64,000 nt of DNA from a bacterium (GCA_027485645.1 JAIXQR010000001.1:363632-427631), one strand, 5' to 3'. Shown: positions 35,837 to 45,586, counted from the first letter of the stretch. Translations and numbers: made by a program. The notes: generated by a model from the letters alone, not told the origin.

Positions 35837-37318
35837 TTAGGCTTGCTTCTCCAACCCTGCGGCGGAGGTCATGATCGTTTTTTCGTTGAGCTGTTCGCCG
35901 GCTAGTTCGGCTTCGCATGTTCCATTTCGAAGAACAAGAACGCGATGACAAAGCCCGATGACTTCGGGCAATTCGCTAGATACCAAAATCACGGCAAGAC
36001 CTTGCTTGGCCAGATCCACGATCAGGTTGTAGATTTCTCGCTTGGCGCCGACGTCAACACCGCGAGTCGGTTCGTCGAAGATGATAACCTTTGGATCGCA
36101 CTGAAGCCATTTCGCGATGGCAACTTTCTGCTGGTTTCCGCCGCTGAGCGACTTGACCGGAGCGTGGATGTTGGAGGTCTTGATCCCGAGCTTCTCCACC
36201 CAACTACTGGCAATCGAATCGACTTGAGCGTCGTTCACGCGGAAGCGATTGGCATCGGCCAAAGTTGGCATGCTCGCGTTTTCTGAAATGCGCAACGTGA
36301 GGTGAAGGCCGCGACCTTTGCGGTCTTCGCTGACGTACACCAGCCCACGCTTTCGGCGGGCGCTTGGGGACAGTTTATCGATGGCCTCGCCCGCGAGCTT
36401 CACCTGTCCGGACGACCGCCGGAATCCAGCAAGGGCCTCGGAAATCTCGGTTCGGCCAGCACCAATAAGGCCCGCCATGCCCAAAATTTCGCCCGCTCGA
36501 AGCTGAAAACTAACCGGTTGATGGTGCGGAGTCGTGCTGAGATCGGTGACTTCGAGCACAATCTGGTCCGAAGTTCGCTCCCCGACCGGCGGAAACACTT
36601 CGCCAAGTTCGCGGCCAACCATACTTTCCGCCAGAATCTGCGGCGTCGCGGTTTTCGGGTCAAGCTCGCCCACAAACTCGCCATCTCGCAAAACCGAGAT
36701 CCGGTCAGAAATCTCGAGAATCTCCGGCAGCAAGTGCGAGATGTAGATCACGGAGACGTTCCGCGATTTGAGGTCGCGAATGAGAGCGAAAAGACTTCGA
36801 ACTTCTGGGCCGGTCAAGACCGCCGTCGGCTCGTCCATGATCAAGTACTTCGCATCGTAGCTCAGAGATTTCGCGATTTCGACAAGTTGCTTGTCGGCGA
36901 TGCTGAGTCCCCGAACGCTGGCATCCGGGCCGAATTTTGCGTTCACCTTGGTCAAGAGACCGGCACATTCTTCGCGCATTTTGCCGTAGTCGATCGCCAA
37001 GCCCTTGCGCGGCTCGCGGCCAAGGAAAACGTTTTCGGCCACCGAAAGGTCATCTACAAGATTGAGCTCTTGGTGGATCATGACGATGCCACGATCAATC
37101 GCTGATTGGACACCTTTCAGGTTGAGTGCCGTGCCATCGAGCCGAACCTCACCAACCGTCGGCTGCTCCAATCCGCTGAGCAGTTTCATCAGCGTGCTTT
37201 TGCCTGCGCCGTTCTCGCCAATGAGGCCATGCACCTCCCCTGGACGAAATTGGAGGCTCACGCCGCGAAGGGCGATGACCGTGCCAAACTCCTTGCGTAC
37301 ACCGACGACGTCAAGCAT
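35837..37318 (-). CDS. Monosaccharide ABC transporter ATP-binding protein (RbsA-like)
   Basis: GENGAGKST, 'MDEPT', second domain 'SGGNQQK..DEPTRGVDVGAK'; start set at MLDVV. Confidence 0.94.
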   Translation of the reverse strand: MLDVVGVRKEFGTVIALRGVSLQFRPGEVHGLIGENGAGKSTLMKLLSGLEQPTVGEVRLDGTALNLKGVQSAIDRGIVMIHQELNLVDDLSVAENVFLGREPRKGLAIDYGKMREECAGLLTKVNAKFGPDASVRGLSIADKQLVEIAKSLSYDAKYLIMDEPTAVLTGPEVRSLFALIRDLKSRNVSVIYISHLLPEILEISDRISVLRDGEFVGELDPKTATPQILAESMVGRELGEVFPPVGERTSDQIVLEVTDLSTTPHHQPVSFQLRAGEILGMAGLIGAGRTEISEALAGFRRSSGQVKLAGEAIDKLSPSARRKRGLVYVSEDRKGRGLHLTLRISENASMPTLADANRFRVNDAQVDSIASSWVEKLGIKTSNIHAPVKSLSGGNQQKVAIAKWLQCDPKVIIFDEPTRGVDVGAKREIYNLIVDLAKQGLAVILVSSELPEVIGLCHRVLVLRNGTCEAELAGEQLNEKTIMTSAAGLEKQA

Positions 37319-37368
37319 TCCCGTGATGTTGGCGAATTCGTGGACAAAATTGCTAAGGGATCGGAACA

Positions 37369-38025
37369 ATGAACGTCCTGATTTTTACTAAAACCACTGG
37401 CTATCGCCACTCCAGCATCGAATTCGCCGTAGCCCGATTGGTTGAAGAACTCGGAGACCTTGGCATTAATGCCGATCACTCCGAGGACGAGCAACTCTTC
37501 CGTCCCGACTCGCTCTCGAAGTACGAGGGTGTTGTTTGGCTAAACACCACCGGAGAGGTACTTGACGACGAAGGCCGCGCGGCCTTTGAATCGTTCGTCC
37601 GGGCAGGGGGCGCGTGGATCGGCGTGCACGGCGCAACGATTACCGAGCCGAATTGGCCGTTTTATCAGGAGCTTTCTGGTGCTTACTTCGCGGGGCATCC
37701 GGAAGGCGAGCACGAAGCCACCGTCCAGATTGAGCTTTTGAGCCATCCAACCATGGCGGGGATCCCGTTTCTTTGGAAGTTCAAGGACGAGTGGTACGAC
37801 TTCGTTGAGAACCCACGGTCAAAGAAGGTCACGGTTCTGGCGACCGTCGATGAAAAGACGTATCCCGCCGGTGGCATGGGCGAAGATCACCCGATCATTT
37901 GGTGCCACGAAAAGTTTGCCGGCAAAGCTTGGTACACCGGCTTGGGCCACCTAGCGGAAGCCTACGAGGATGAGTTCTTTATGAACCACCTCATCCTAGG
38001 CATCCGCTGGGCCATCGACGTTTAA
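37369..38025 (+). CDS. ThuA domain protein
   Basis: 'FTKTTGYRHSSI', 'GVHGA', 'DEWY', 'HPIIWC', 'YTGLGH'. Confidence 0.9.
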   Translation: MNVLIFTKTTGYRHSSIEFAVARLVEELGDLGINADHSEDEQLFRPDSLSKYEGVVWLNTTGEVLDDEGRAAFESFVRAGGAWIGVHGATITEPNWPFYQELSGAYFAGHPEGEHEATVQIELLSHPTMAGIPFLWKFKDEWYDFVENPRSKKVTVLATVDEKTYPAGGMGEDHPIIWCHEKFAGKAWYTGLGHLAEAYEDEFFMNHLILGIRWAIDV

Positions 38026-38041
38026 GCCGTCGGTCTCGCGC

Positions 38042-39307
38042 TTATTGAGTCGTCGCCTTGGCGACGACGGTTGGCGTGTTGATGCTGAACTCTTTGCCGT
38101 CGATGCGATACCGGACTTCGGCAAAGACCGCGACGTTCTCGCTTGGCATGAGATCCTTTCTAGGCTCAAAAGTAGCCGAGGAGGCACCCGGTTCGAGCAT
38201 CGTCGGCCGCGCACGGTAGACGCGCTGTCGGAAGTCGGTGTTGACGCTTACCGCGGTCCAGAACTTCAGTCCAACAACGTCCTTTGGTTCAAACCGAACG
38301 GTGTAAGCATCTTTGCGGAGGTCGTAGGTTCCGGACGGGTTGACCGGAAGGGTCTTGCCCTTCGCAATGGCTCGCGCCATAGCGCTGACGGCCTCCACGG
38401 CTTGAACCTTGTTGCCGAGGCTGTGCCCGGCGTTTGGCATCGTGACGAGCCACTTGGGCTGCTTCAGCTCCTTCCAGTAAATGCTGGTGGCATCTGCCGC
38501 CCAATAGGCGTCGTTCGCTCCGTTCACGATCATCGTTGGCACCTTGATGTTGCCTCGATACTCGAACGGGTCGACCATCTTCTGCAACACCTGACCATCC
38601 TTCGTAGCAAGCTTCTGTTGAAGTCCGCGACGGGTGTAGTCCTCAATCTGCTCACTGTAGGCACCCCAGTGTTCGAGCTGGTGGGCCATTTGAGGAGTGA
38701 AGTTCAAGTTGTCAAAAACGAGTGGAGCGATGCCAACAACTCGCTTGTCCCGGGTTGCGGCGGTGAGCCAGGTCGTCCAGCCGCGCTTGCTGGCCCCAGT
38801 TACGATGAACTTCGTCACCGGATGCCCAGTTCTCGCGGAAAAGTCTTGGATCGCGTCCATGGCTTTGATCGCCGATTTTGTCATCGGGAAGAGCAAAGGC
38901 CAAGTCGGGTCCTTCGTTTCTAAATACTTATTGAAGGTGTGAGCAATCAGATCGTCTTCTTTCATGTCCCAAAGAGGCTGATTTGGGATGTTGAAGAGCA
39001 TATAAACGGGGAGCTGAGTTGCGCCAGAGATCAGCCCGAGGTCAATGTTGTCTCCCGGTCGAGGTCCATCGCCCGTGATAAAGAGAATCGCCGTGTCGGT
39101 TGGCATATCTTTCGAGCCAGCCTGGTACAGCACGTTGTGCTTCCAGGTGGTTCCTTGCCAGACTTGGGAGGTGACTTCGAGTTGCGTGCGCGGACCAGAC
39201 GAGTCCACGACACGATACGCATAAGCGGGTTCAGGCCGTTGAATATACGCCTCAAGGGGCGACATCGCGGGCGCAAAGAGTGCAAGTGTCACGCATGAAC
39301 TCAGCAT
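38042..39307 (-). CDS. PhoPQ-activated pathogenicity-related (PqaA) family alpha/beta hydrolase
   Basis: 'EDDLIAHT', 'PMTKSA', 'GASKRGWTTW', 'VDPFEY', 'GANDAYW', 'PNAGH'. Start 39307 supported by TACAAT 8 nt upstream. Confidence 0.88.
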   Translation of the reverse strand: MLSSCVTLALFAPAMSPLEAYIQRPEPAYAYRVVDSSGPRTQLEVTSQVWQGTTWKHNVLYQAGSKDMPTDTAILFITGDGPRPGDNIDLGLISGATQLPVYMLFNIPNQPLWDMKEDDLIAHTFNKYLETKDPTWPLLFPMTKSAIKAMDAIQDFSARTGHPVTKFIVTGASKRGWTTWLTAATRDKRVVGIAPLVFDNLNFTPQMAHQLEHWGAYSEQIEDYTRRGLQQKLATKDGQVLQKMVDPFEYRGNIKVPTMIVNGANDAYWAADATSIYWKELKQPKWLVTMPNAGHSLGNKVQAVEAVSAMARAIAKGKTLPVNPSGTYDLRKDAYTVRFEPKDVVGLKFWTAVSVNTDFRQRVYRARPTMLEPGASSATFEPRKDLMPSENVAVFAEVRYRIDGKEFSINTPTVVAKATTQ

Positions 39308-39434
39308 CGAACGGGATTGTACGCGCGTCCCGTCATTAAAAAGGTTAAGAAATGGCCAGGAAGGTTGACAACCAACGGCCATTATGAAAGAATGTAGACG
39401 CCACCTTGGGGGGTGGTTGTTGAGGGACGACCAA

Positions 39435-40877
39435 ATGAAGTTTTGGAACACAAAGAGTATTAGTGTAACTGCGGTAGCCGCCGCGCTTGCGACTACGGCG
39501 ATTGCGGTGCCACTGGACGCAAAGATCACAATCGATCGAGCGTTGGGGAACTCGACCCTGACCATCAAGTATTCGGGCGCATCTGCAAACCTGGCTGAGC
39601 TCCGCTTGAATGGTGAGAGCCTCGGCACGAGAACGCTTTCCGCCGACAAATCGGCCGGCGAAACGAATTTCACTCTGAACCCAGCTGACCTTAAGGACGG
39701 CGAGAACACCGTTGAGGTCCGACTCTTCGATCGAACTGGTCGAACCGTGGGAATTCAGAAGCAGGTCATCCTTGCTGAACAGAGCAGCGGTAGCGCGGTC
39801 TTCATGGCCAAGCCTAAGCTCGGACAGACCGTTCTTGGCCTCGTTGACGTCCAGATCGGATTCAACGCTTCGCTTAAGAACACGTACGTCAGCTACTTCG
39901 TTGATGGCCAGTTCAAGGGCATGACGAACTATCCACCGTACAGCCTGACTTGGGACACTTCGAAGGAAACCAACGGCTGGCACGAAGTCGAAGCATGGGC
40001 CGTCGATGAGTCGAGCAACACTTACAAGACCCGAAAGGTCCGACTCTTCGTTAACAACCCAAGCGGTCGAACTGACCGAACGGGCGTTGAGGAAGTAACG
40101 CCAGTTGCTAACGGCGTTTCTGGCTCCACTTTCGTAGTCGCTCCAAGCGGCATGAAGTCGGTCAAGCTTGGCCGACCTGGTGTTGCCGGTGCCGCGATGA
40201 CGGGCGTAACGCCAAAGACCACCATGCCGGCCGCGAAGTCCGCTTCTTCGGCCAAGCCAACCGCCGTTCCTAAGGCAGTTGCCGCTGGTCCTAAGCTAAT
40301 GGTTCCAACCGGAACCCGCGTTGCCGTTGCGAAGCCACTCGTCAAGCCGATCGTGATCGTTAAGCCAGTCGCCAAGAAGGCAACGAAGCAGATCGTCAAC
40401 CTCGGCGCAGTCAAGACCGCTACGGTTGCCGGAAGCAACGCTTCGGTCTCCGCTGCCGTCGGTGCGATGCGCACCGCCGCAACCCTCGCGATCAGCAAGG
40501 GAACTCGACTTCCAAACGTTGGGACTTTCGCAGTTGCTCTCAACTCGAAGTTCGTCAACTTCGACGTGGCTCCTCGCGTTGAGAACGGAATCCCAATGAC
40601 TCCGTTCCGACACCTGTTCGAAGCCGCCGGTGGAAAGGTCAAGTGGGAAAATCTCACCAAGTCAGTCACCGCATCGGCCGATGGAAGCCAGATCATGATT
40701 TTGATCGGCGATCCAAACGCGAAGGTCAACGAACTCTCGATCAAGATGGAAGCGATTCCTTACCTTGAGCGAGGCCGAACGATCATTCCGGTGAGCTTCC
40801 TCCGAGATGCTCTTAAGGTCGAAGTCGAATACGACAAGGCCACCAATCACGTTCTGATCACCACGAAGAAGAACTAA
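39435..40877 (+). CDS. Secreted protein: Ig-like domains, P/A/K/V-rich linker, C-terminal copper amine oxidase stalk domain
   Basis: SD GAGGGA before ATG 39435; 'PPYSLTWDT...NGWHEVEA.AVD'; C-terminal 'APRVENG...PFR...GG.V.W...P.LERGRT.IPVSF'. Confidence 0.8.
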   Translation: MKFWNTKSISVTAVAAALATTAIAVPLDAKITIDRALGNSTLTIKYSGASANLAELRLNGESLGTRTLSADKSAGETNFTLNPADLKDGENTVEVRLFDRTGRTVGIQKQVILAEQSSGSAVFMAKPKLGQTVLGLVDVQIGFNASLKNTYVSYFVDGQFKGMTNYPPYSLTWDTSKETNGWHEVEAWAVDESSNTYKTRKVRLFVNNPSGRTDRTGVEEVTPVANGVSGSTFVVAPSGMKSVKLGRPGVAGAAMTGVTPKTTMPAAKSASSAKPTAVPKAVAAGPKLMVPTGTRVAVAKPLVKPIVIVKPVAKKATKQIVNLGAVKTATVAGSNASVSAAVGAMRTAATLAISKGTRLPNVGTFAVALNSKFVNFDVAPRVENGIPMTPFRHLFEAAGGKVKWENLTKSVTASADGSQIMILIGDPNAKVNELSIKMEAIPYLERGRTIIPVSFLRDALKVEVEYDKATNHVLITTKKN

Positions 40878-40890
40878 GATCCAAAGAAAC

Positions 40891-40923
40891 GCCCCGGCCC
40901 AGGCATTGGGCCGGGGCTTTTTT
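40891..40923 (+). terminator. Intrinsic terminator
   Basis: 11-bp stem GCCCCGGCCCA/TGGGCCGGGGC plus T6. Confidence 0.88.
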
Positions 40924-41752
40924 ACGCCTGAAGCTTGCAGATCGCGAGCGCCAAATCGGTTGGGAAGGCAGCTTGAGTCAGCGGTAAGCGCACCACGTCG
41001 TTCTCGATCACTCCGATCGACTTCAATATCGCCTTATGCGCCATCGGCTGCCCGGCCGCGCGAATCTGGTCTAGAACGTCGGCAATCATCATGCTCGCTG
41101 CCATGCCTCCGGGCAGAACGGCTCGGGACAACCAAAGGGGCAACACATTTGCCGCCCCGCTAATGCTTCCGCTCCAGCCTTGCGATAACGCATCAGGAAT
41201 CAAACGCTCGTCGCCAACAAATAACTTGCCCTCCGGGAAGGCCTGCCGATAGCTCGCCAGGTTTGCTGCCTCGCCGCTGCTGTCCTTTAAGCCAACGATG
41301 CTGTCCATTCTTGCGAGTGCGGCTACGAGTTCAGGAGAAAGCGTAATGCCGGTTCGCTTCGGAAAGTTGTAAAGCAGGATTGGCGAAGCTGTTCGGCGCG
41401 CTAACTCCTCGAACCAAAGTTGAATGTTCGCTTCCGGCGCTTCGCGGAAATACGCCGGAGGCATCACAAGGACACCAGCCGCGCCCGACTTACGCGCTTG
41501 TTCGCTCAACCAAACCGCTTCTTCCAGGCTCGGGGTCGCAATCCCAAGGATGACTGGGAGCTCGGTGAGCCGCACCGCTTCGCGGACAAGATCACGCTTT
41601 TCGACCGCGCTCAGCGAAGGTCCCTCACCGTTCGTTCCTGCCAGAACAACCCCGGTGCACTCGTTTGCCCGAAACCAGCTCAGAAGCTTCAGGAGGCTGA
41701 CGTAATCAATTTGGCCCGCTTCCGTAAACGGAGTCACCGCCGCCGGATACAA
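40922..41752 (-). CDS. Dihydrodipicolinate synthase-family aldolase/dehydratase
   Basis: 'GTNGEG', 'LYNFP', Schiff-base lysine in 'GLKDSSG'. Confidence 0.88.
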   Translation of the reverse strand: MYPAAVTPFTEAGQIDYVSLLKLLSWFRANECTGVVLAGTNGEGPSLSAVEKRDLVREAVRLTELPVILGIATPSLEEAVWLSEQARKSGAAGVLVMPPAYFREAPEANIQLWFEELARRTASPILLYNFPKRTGITLSPELVAALARMDSIVGLKDSSGEAANLASYRQAFPEGKLFVGDERLIPDALSQGWSGSISGAANVLPLWLSRAVLPGGMAASMMIADVLDQIRAAGQPMAHKAILKSIGVIENDVVRLPLTQAAFPTDLALAICKLQA

Positions 41753-41760
41753 GCCCGGCT

Positions 41761-42918
41761 TTACGATGGAACCACCAGCCCGCGCACTTCGCCGAGACTG
41801 ATGAAATGGCCGTCCTTAGATCCGTAGCCTCGTAGCACAACCTCGTCGCCGTCCTGCAAGAACGTCCGCGTTTGCTCGCCAACTGAGATAGGCTGACTTC
41901 CGCGCACCGTTAGCTCAAGCAACGAGCCGTATGTTCCCGGTTCGGTGCCGCTAATCGTGCCCGTCGCGTAAAGATCGCCGGGTTCAAGCGCCGTGCCGTT
42001 CGAGGACTGATGCGCAAACTGCTGAGCAAAGCTCCAATACAGCTCCGCGCTGCTTGTCCGACAAATGACGTGCTCGGCACCATCGAGCACCAGAGCAACT
42101 TCGAGTTTCAGATCATAGTGCTGCGGTCCAGAGATGGCAAGGTGAGGCAGAACCGCCGGTTCCTGAACCGGACCTTGAATTCGAAACGGCTCCAAGGCCT
42201 CCAGCGACACGAGCCAGGGCGAGATGCTGGTGGCAAACGACTTCGCCAAGAATGGTCCGAGCGGTTGGTACTCGAACCGCTGTACGTCTCTTGAAGACCA
42301 ATCGTTAACCAGCACGACGCCAGCAATGCTCGCGCTAGCCTCGTCGATGGGCAACACTTCACCAAGGTCCGTCGAGCGGCCTAGGTAGAAGCCAAGCTCC
42401 AACTCGAAATCGAGCTCTTGCGTCGGACCAAAAATCGGAGGCACATCGCCGGCCGGCTTCGTGATGCCGTTTGGTCGTGTAATCGGCGTTCCCGACGGGA
42501 CCACCGTCGAAGCGCGGCCGTTGTACGCCACCGGCAAGTGGCGGTAGTTTGGCAAAAGCGGCGGTTGGTCTGGGCGGAACATGCGCCCAACGTTGCTGGC
42601 GTGGTTAATGCCGCTGTAGAAATCCGCAAACGCCCGGACCGGCATTGGGGTCAGCAGTTCCAGTTTGGAGATCGAGATCAACTCTCGGGGCTCATCCAGA
42701 TAAGCACGCGCGGCTTTTCTCGCTGCCTGAATCTGCGGCGTCGTCAGTGGCAGAAGGGGGTCTAGCCACTCCAGAAGCCCGGCGCTGGAAAGGTCATCGG
42801 TCGCAAGCGCGTGGTCTTCGATGCGGATGACGTAGCCATAGTTCTTGCACCGTCCGAGCGGTAAGTTGTCGAGCCCAAAACCTTCGGCCCCTGGGGTCAG
42901 CCAAGCTGGATGTCTCAT
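41761..42918 (-). CDS. fahA: Fumarylacetoacetase
   Basis: 'DFYSGINHASNVG', 'HLPVAYNGRAS', 'ELDFELE', 'NDWSSRD.Q..EYQPLGPF.AKSF', 'GTISG'; start at the ATGA overlap. Confidence 0.93.
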   Translation of the reverse strand: MRHPAWLTPGAEGFGLDNLPLGRCKNYGYVIRIEDHALATDDLSSAGLLEWLDPLLPLTTPQIQAARKAARAYLDEPRELISISKLELLTPMPVRAFADFYSGINHASNVGRMFRPDQPPLLPNYRHLPVAYNGRASTVVPSGTPITRPNGITKPAGDVPPIFGPTQELDFELELGFYLGRSTDLGEVLPIDEASASIAGVVLVNDWSSRDVQRFEYQPLGPFLAKSFATSISPWLVSLEALEPFRIQGPVQEPAVLPHLAISGPQHYDLKLEVALVLDGAEHVICRTSSAELYWSFAQQFAHQSSNGTALEPGDLYATGTISGTEPGTYGSLLELTVRGSQPISVGEQTRTFLQDGDEVVLRGYGSKDGHFISLGEVRGLVVPS

Positions 42919-43754
42919 ACCATCCATCCTAGCTTGCTCAAGCCTTCCGCAGGATCTTCCACCGAACACGAGCCAAACGAGGCGAACAGGGCTCGCGCGT
43001 CCTCGATTGCATCTCGAGAAACATCCCAATCTTGGAAGAAAAGCTGACGATCCTCAAATCGCCACTCGGTAGGGTCGGCCGAGTCTAGGATCTTGCGGAT
43101 TTCGGAGACCGAAAGATCGTGCTGGATCGCGGCGGCGGTTGAGGCTAGAACATTCACAAACCCTAGTCGACCGTTGCCGGTCAGCGGATCGTGCAAACCA
43201 GCCGTCAACTTGAAGGGAAGTTCGAGGGCGACGCACTCCCAAATAAAGGTCGCTACGATCTCACTCGGCGGAGGCGTCGGGCCAGTGCGAAGCTTGGCCC
43301 CAAAAGCGTCGGCATCGGCCAGCGCGTCCAGGATCATCGGAAACGGTCGATCAGGGTTTAGTTCGACCATCACTTCGTCGGCGGCGCTGAAGCCACGCAA
43401 CTGCCCCAGAACTTCCTCGACATCGTCCGTATCGGGCAATTCGCACTCATAGGAGCCCACTTTCCCGCCCGCATGGAGGAAGGCGTTGAGGTCGTGAGCG
43501 TCTTCCGCGCGATCGTTTTCCCAGTCGCCGCCGCGGCGGCCAATCACCGCTACTGGTTCTTCGCCAAGGGATAGAACCGCCGGATGAGCAAGCGCACTCA
43601 TGGGTGCGGAGAACCGATGAAGCATCCAATTGAGGTCCGAAGACTGCAACGCGCGGTACACGCCGACGGCTTCTTCGGCGCTCAATTTTGCCGGTGGGAA
43701 CATGCCACTGTAATCAATGCCTCTACGCAATAGGTCTCGCAAGGATGCTTTCAT
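42915..43754 (-). CDS. Conserved hypothetical protein ('DYxGxFPP...FKxTAGLH' family) coupled to fahA
   Basis: 'IDYSGMFPPA', 'GAKLRTG', 'PFKLTAGLH', 'F.SFGSCS..DP'. Confidence 0.75.
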   Translation of the reverse strand: MKASLRDLLRRGIDYSGMFPPAKLSAEEAVGVYRALQSSDLNWMLHRFSAPMSALAHPAVLSLGEEPVAVIGRRGGDWENDRAEDAHDLNAFLHAGGKVGSYECELPDTDDVEEVLGQLRGFSAADEVMVELNPDRPFPMILDALADADAFGAKLRTGPTPPPSEIVATFIWECVALELPFKLTAGLHDPLTGNGRLGFVNVLASTAAAIQHDLSVSEIRKILDSADPTEWRFEDRQLFFQDWDVSRDAIEDARALFASFGSCSVEDPAEGLSKLGWMV

Positions 43755-43758
43755 ATCA

Positions 43759-43786
43759 TTGGCTCACAACTTTTGAAAGGTATACT
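43759..43786 (+). promoter_or_regulatory. Sigma70-like promoter of the ANTAR regulator gene
   Basis: TTGGCT-16 nt-TATACT. Confidence 0.5.
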
Positions 43787-43835
43787 CCCTCTTTCAGACC
43801 GTTGGCGTTACGGCGTCGTAGCCCTCAGGGAAAAT

Positions 43836-44411
43836 ATGGCAACGATGAGAGTTTTGATTGCGGACGACGATCCGATTATTCGTTTGGATCTTCGTCAAAT
43901 GCTGGAAAGCCTCGGCTATGAAGTCGTGGCGGAAGGCGGCGACGGAAAGCAGGCAGTAGATCTGGCCCGCGAGACCCAGCCTGATGTGTGCATCCTCGAC
44001 GTGAAGATGCCCGTGATGGACGGAATCGAAGCCGTCAGCATTATCACCGAAGAGAATATCGCGCCGACGATTCTTCTAACTGCTTACTCCGACAAGGAAC
44101 TGGTTGACCGAGCCAAGGATGCGGGCGTGTTCGCCTACCTCGTGAAGCCGTTCAAGCCAAGTGACCTGCCTCCGAGCATCGAAGTCGCACGCAGCCGATT
44201 TGAGCAAAACCAGCAGCTTAATGGCGAAGTCTCGAACCTTCAGGAAAAGCTTGAAGCGCGAAAGCTGATTGATCGCGCCAAGGGAATTCTGATGGACGAG
44301 TACAAGGTCGGCGAGTCCGAAGCGTACCGACGCATCCAGATGCAGAGCATGAACCTGCGAAAGTCAATGCGAGAAGTTGCCGAGGCGATCATCCTCGCAA
44401 AATCGATCTGA
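43836..44411 (+). CDS. REC-ANTAR response regulator (PdtaR/EutV-like)
   Basis: Receiver 'ADDD...ILDVKMP...LTAY...KP'; ANTAR 'RKLIDRAKGILM......EAYRRIQ..SM..RKSMREVAE'. Confidence 0.95.
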   Translation: MATMRVLIADDDPIIRLDLRQMLESLGYEVVAEGGDGKQAVDLARETQPDVCILDVKMPVMDGIEAVSIITEENIAPTILLTAYSDKELVDRAKDAGVFAYLVKPFKPSDLPPSIEVARSRFEQNQQLNGEVSNLQEKLEARKLIDRAKGILMDEYKVGESEAYRRIQMQSMNLRKSMREVAEAIILAKSI

Positions 44412-44433
44412 TCATTAGAGTCAAAATGACGTC

Positions 44434-44934
44434 ATGAACGACGTCTTGTGGGCTCCGTGGCGCTTAACCTATATCGAAAAGCCCGCGTCGTCGTCCGGCA
44501 CGGGAGATATCTTCGTGGATCTCCCGGCCGAGAACGAAGATCGGAAAAACTCCATTCTGCACCGTGGTGAAACCGCGTTCGTGATGCTCAACGCGTATCC
44601 GTACACGAACGGCCACCTCCTCATTGCGCCCTTCCGTCAAGTTGCGGAGATCGACTTGCTGAATGACGCCGAATTGCTAGAGATCAATCAGCTTCTCGCC
44701 CAGGGCGTTCGGTGGTTGCGAGCGGCGTACAACCCGGATGGCTTTAACCTCGGCGTCAACATGGGCAAAGCCGCGGGGGCGGGGATTCCGATTCACATTC
44801 ACTGGCACGTGGTGCCGCGCTGGAACGGCGACACAAACTTCATGACCGCCGTTGGCGAAGTCCGAGTGATGCCGCAATCACTGGAAGCAAGCTACGACCG
44901 TCTGCGCGGGGTGATCGATGGAATCGCTCGCTGA
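44434..44934 (+). CDS. HIT family protein (Ap4A phosphorylase-like)
   Basis: 'LWAPWR..YI', 'NAYPYTNGHL', 'HIHWHVVPRW.GD.NFM'. Confidence 0.92.
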   Translation: MNDVLWAPWRLTYIEKPASSSGTGDIFVDLPAENEDRKNSILHRGETAFVMLNAYPYTNGHLLIAPFRQVAEIDLLNDAELLEINQLLAQGVRWLRAAYNPDGFNLGVNMGKAAGAGIPIHIHWHVVPRWNGDTNFMTAVGEVRVMPQSLEASYDRLRGVIDGIAR

Positions 44935-45517
44935 ACTACGTTCCCGTGCATTAGCCTGCACCGCCTGTCCGCTTTCTGAGCGGCGAACGAATGTCGTTTT
45001 TGGCGAGGGAGATCCGAAATCCCCGTTGGTGCTGGTTGGAGAAGGGCCAGGCGAGAACGAGGATAAGCAGGGGAGGCCGTTCATTGGCCGTGCTGGGCAG
45101 CTTCTGGACCGCGCGCTTGTCGATGCTGGGCTGACCCGCGAAATGGTCTACATCACGAATACGGTGAAATGTCGCGCCGCCGATTGGAGCACCGGAAAGC
45201 CAGTCAACCGCGCGCCGACAGAATTGGAAGCGGTCACTTGCCGAGAGTGGCTGGTGCCCCAGCTCGCTTCGATCGCGCCCAAAGTGATTCTCTGCATTGG
45301 AGCGCCGAGCGCAAAGAACCTGATCAAAAAGAACTTTCAGATCACCAAGGAGCGAGGCAAGTATTTTCCTTGCGAGTTTGCCAAGACGGCGATCGCGACG
45401 TTGCACCCGGCGTACATTCTGCGTCAGGCGAACATCAGCGGCGATGGCGGCTACAGCCTGCTCGTGGCAGATATCGCCCGCGCATGGGAAGCGGCAACCC
45501 GCTTGGTCCAAGCCTAG
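44918..45517 (+). CDS. Uracil-DNA glycosylase, family 4 (Fe-S)
   Basis: CTAC...'GEGPG', 'TNTVKCR', a fourth Cys, 'HPAYILR'. Confidence 0.92.
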   Translation: MESLAELRSRALACTACPLSERRTNVVFGEGDPKSPLVLVGEGPGENEDKQGRPFIGRAGQLLDRALVDAGLTREMVYITNTVKCRAADWSTGKPVNRAPTELEAVTCREWLVPQLASIAPKVILCIGAPSAKNLIKKNFQITKERGKYFPCEFAKTAIATLHPAYILRQANISGDGGYSLLVADIARAWEAATRLVQA

Positions 45518-45586
45518 AGGACACTATTTTCCCGCGCCGGGGTCGATGACGGAACGTTGTGTGATGGTTTTGGCATACTGTGACTC

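Noticed and set aside
41752-41770. Non-canonical start (ATC/GTA) for the DHDPS-family gene
   Set aside because: The frame is open upstream (IVKPG), but the in-frame TTG is adequate and nothing in the sequence discriminates between them.
44918-45517. UdgX (covalent uracil-trapping UDG)
   Set aside because: It lacks the KRRIH loop; consistent with an ordinary family-4 UDG with a short insertion.
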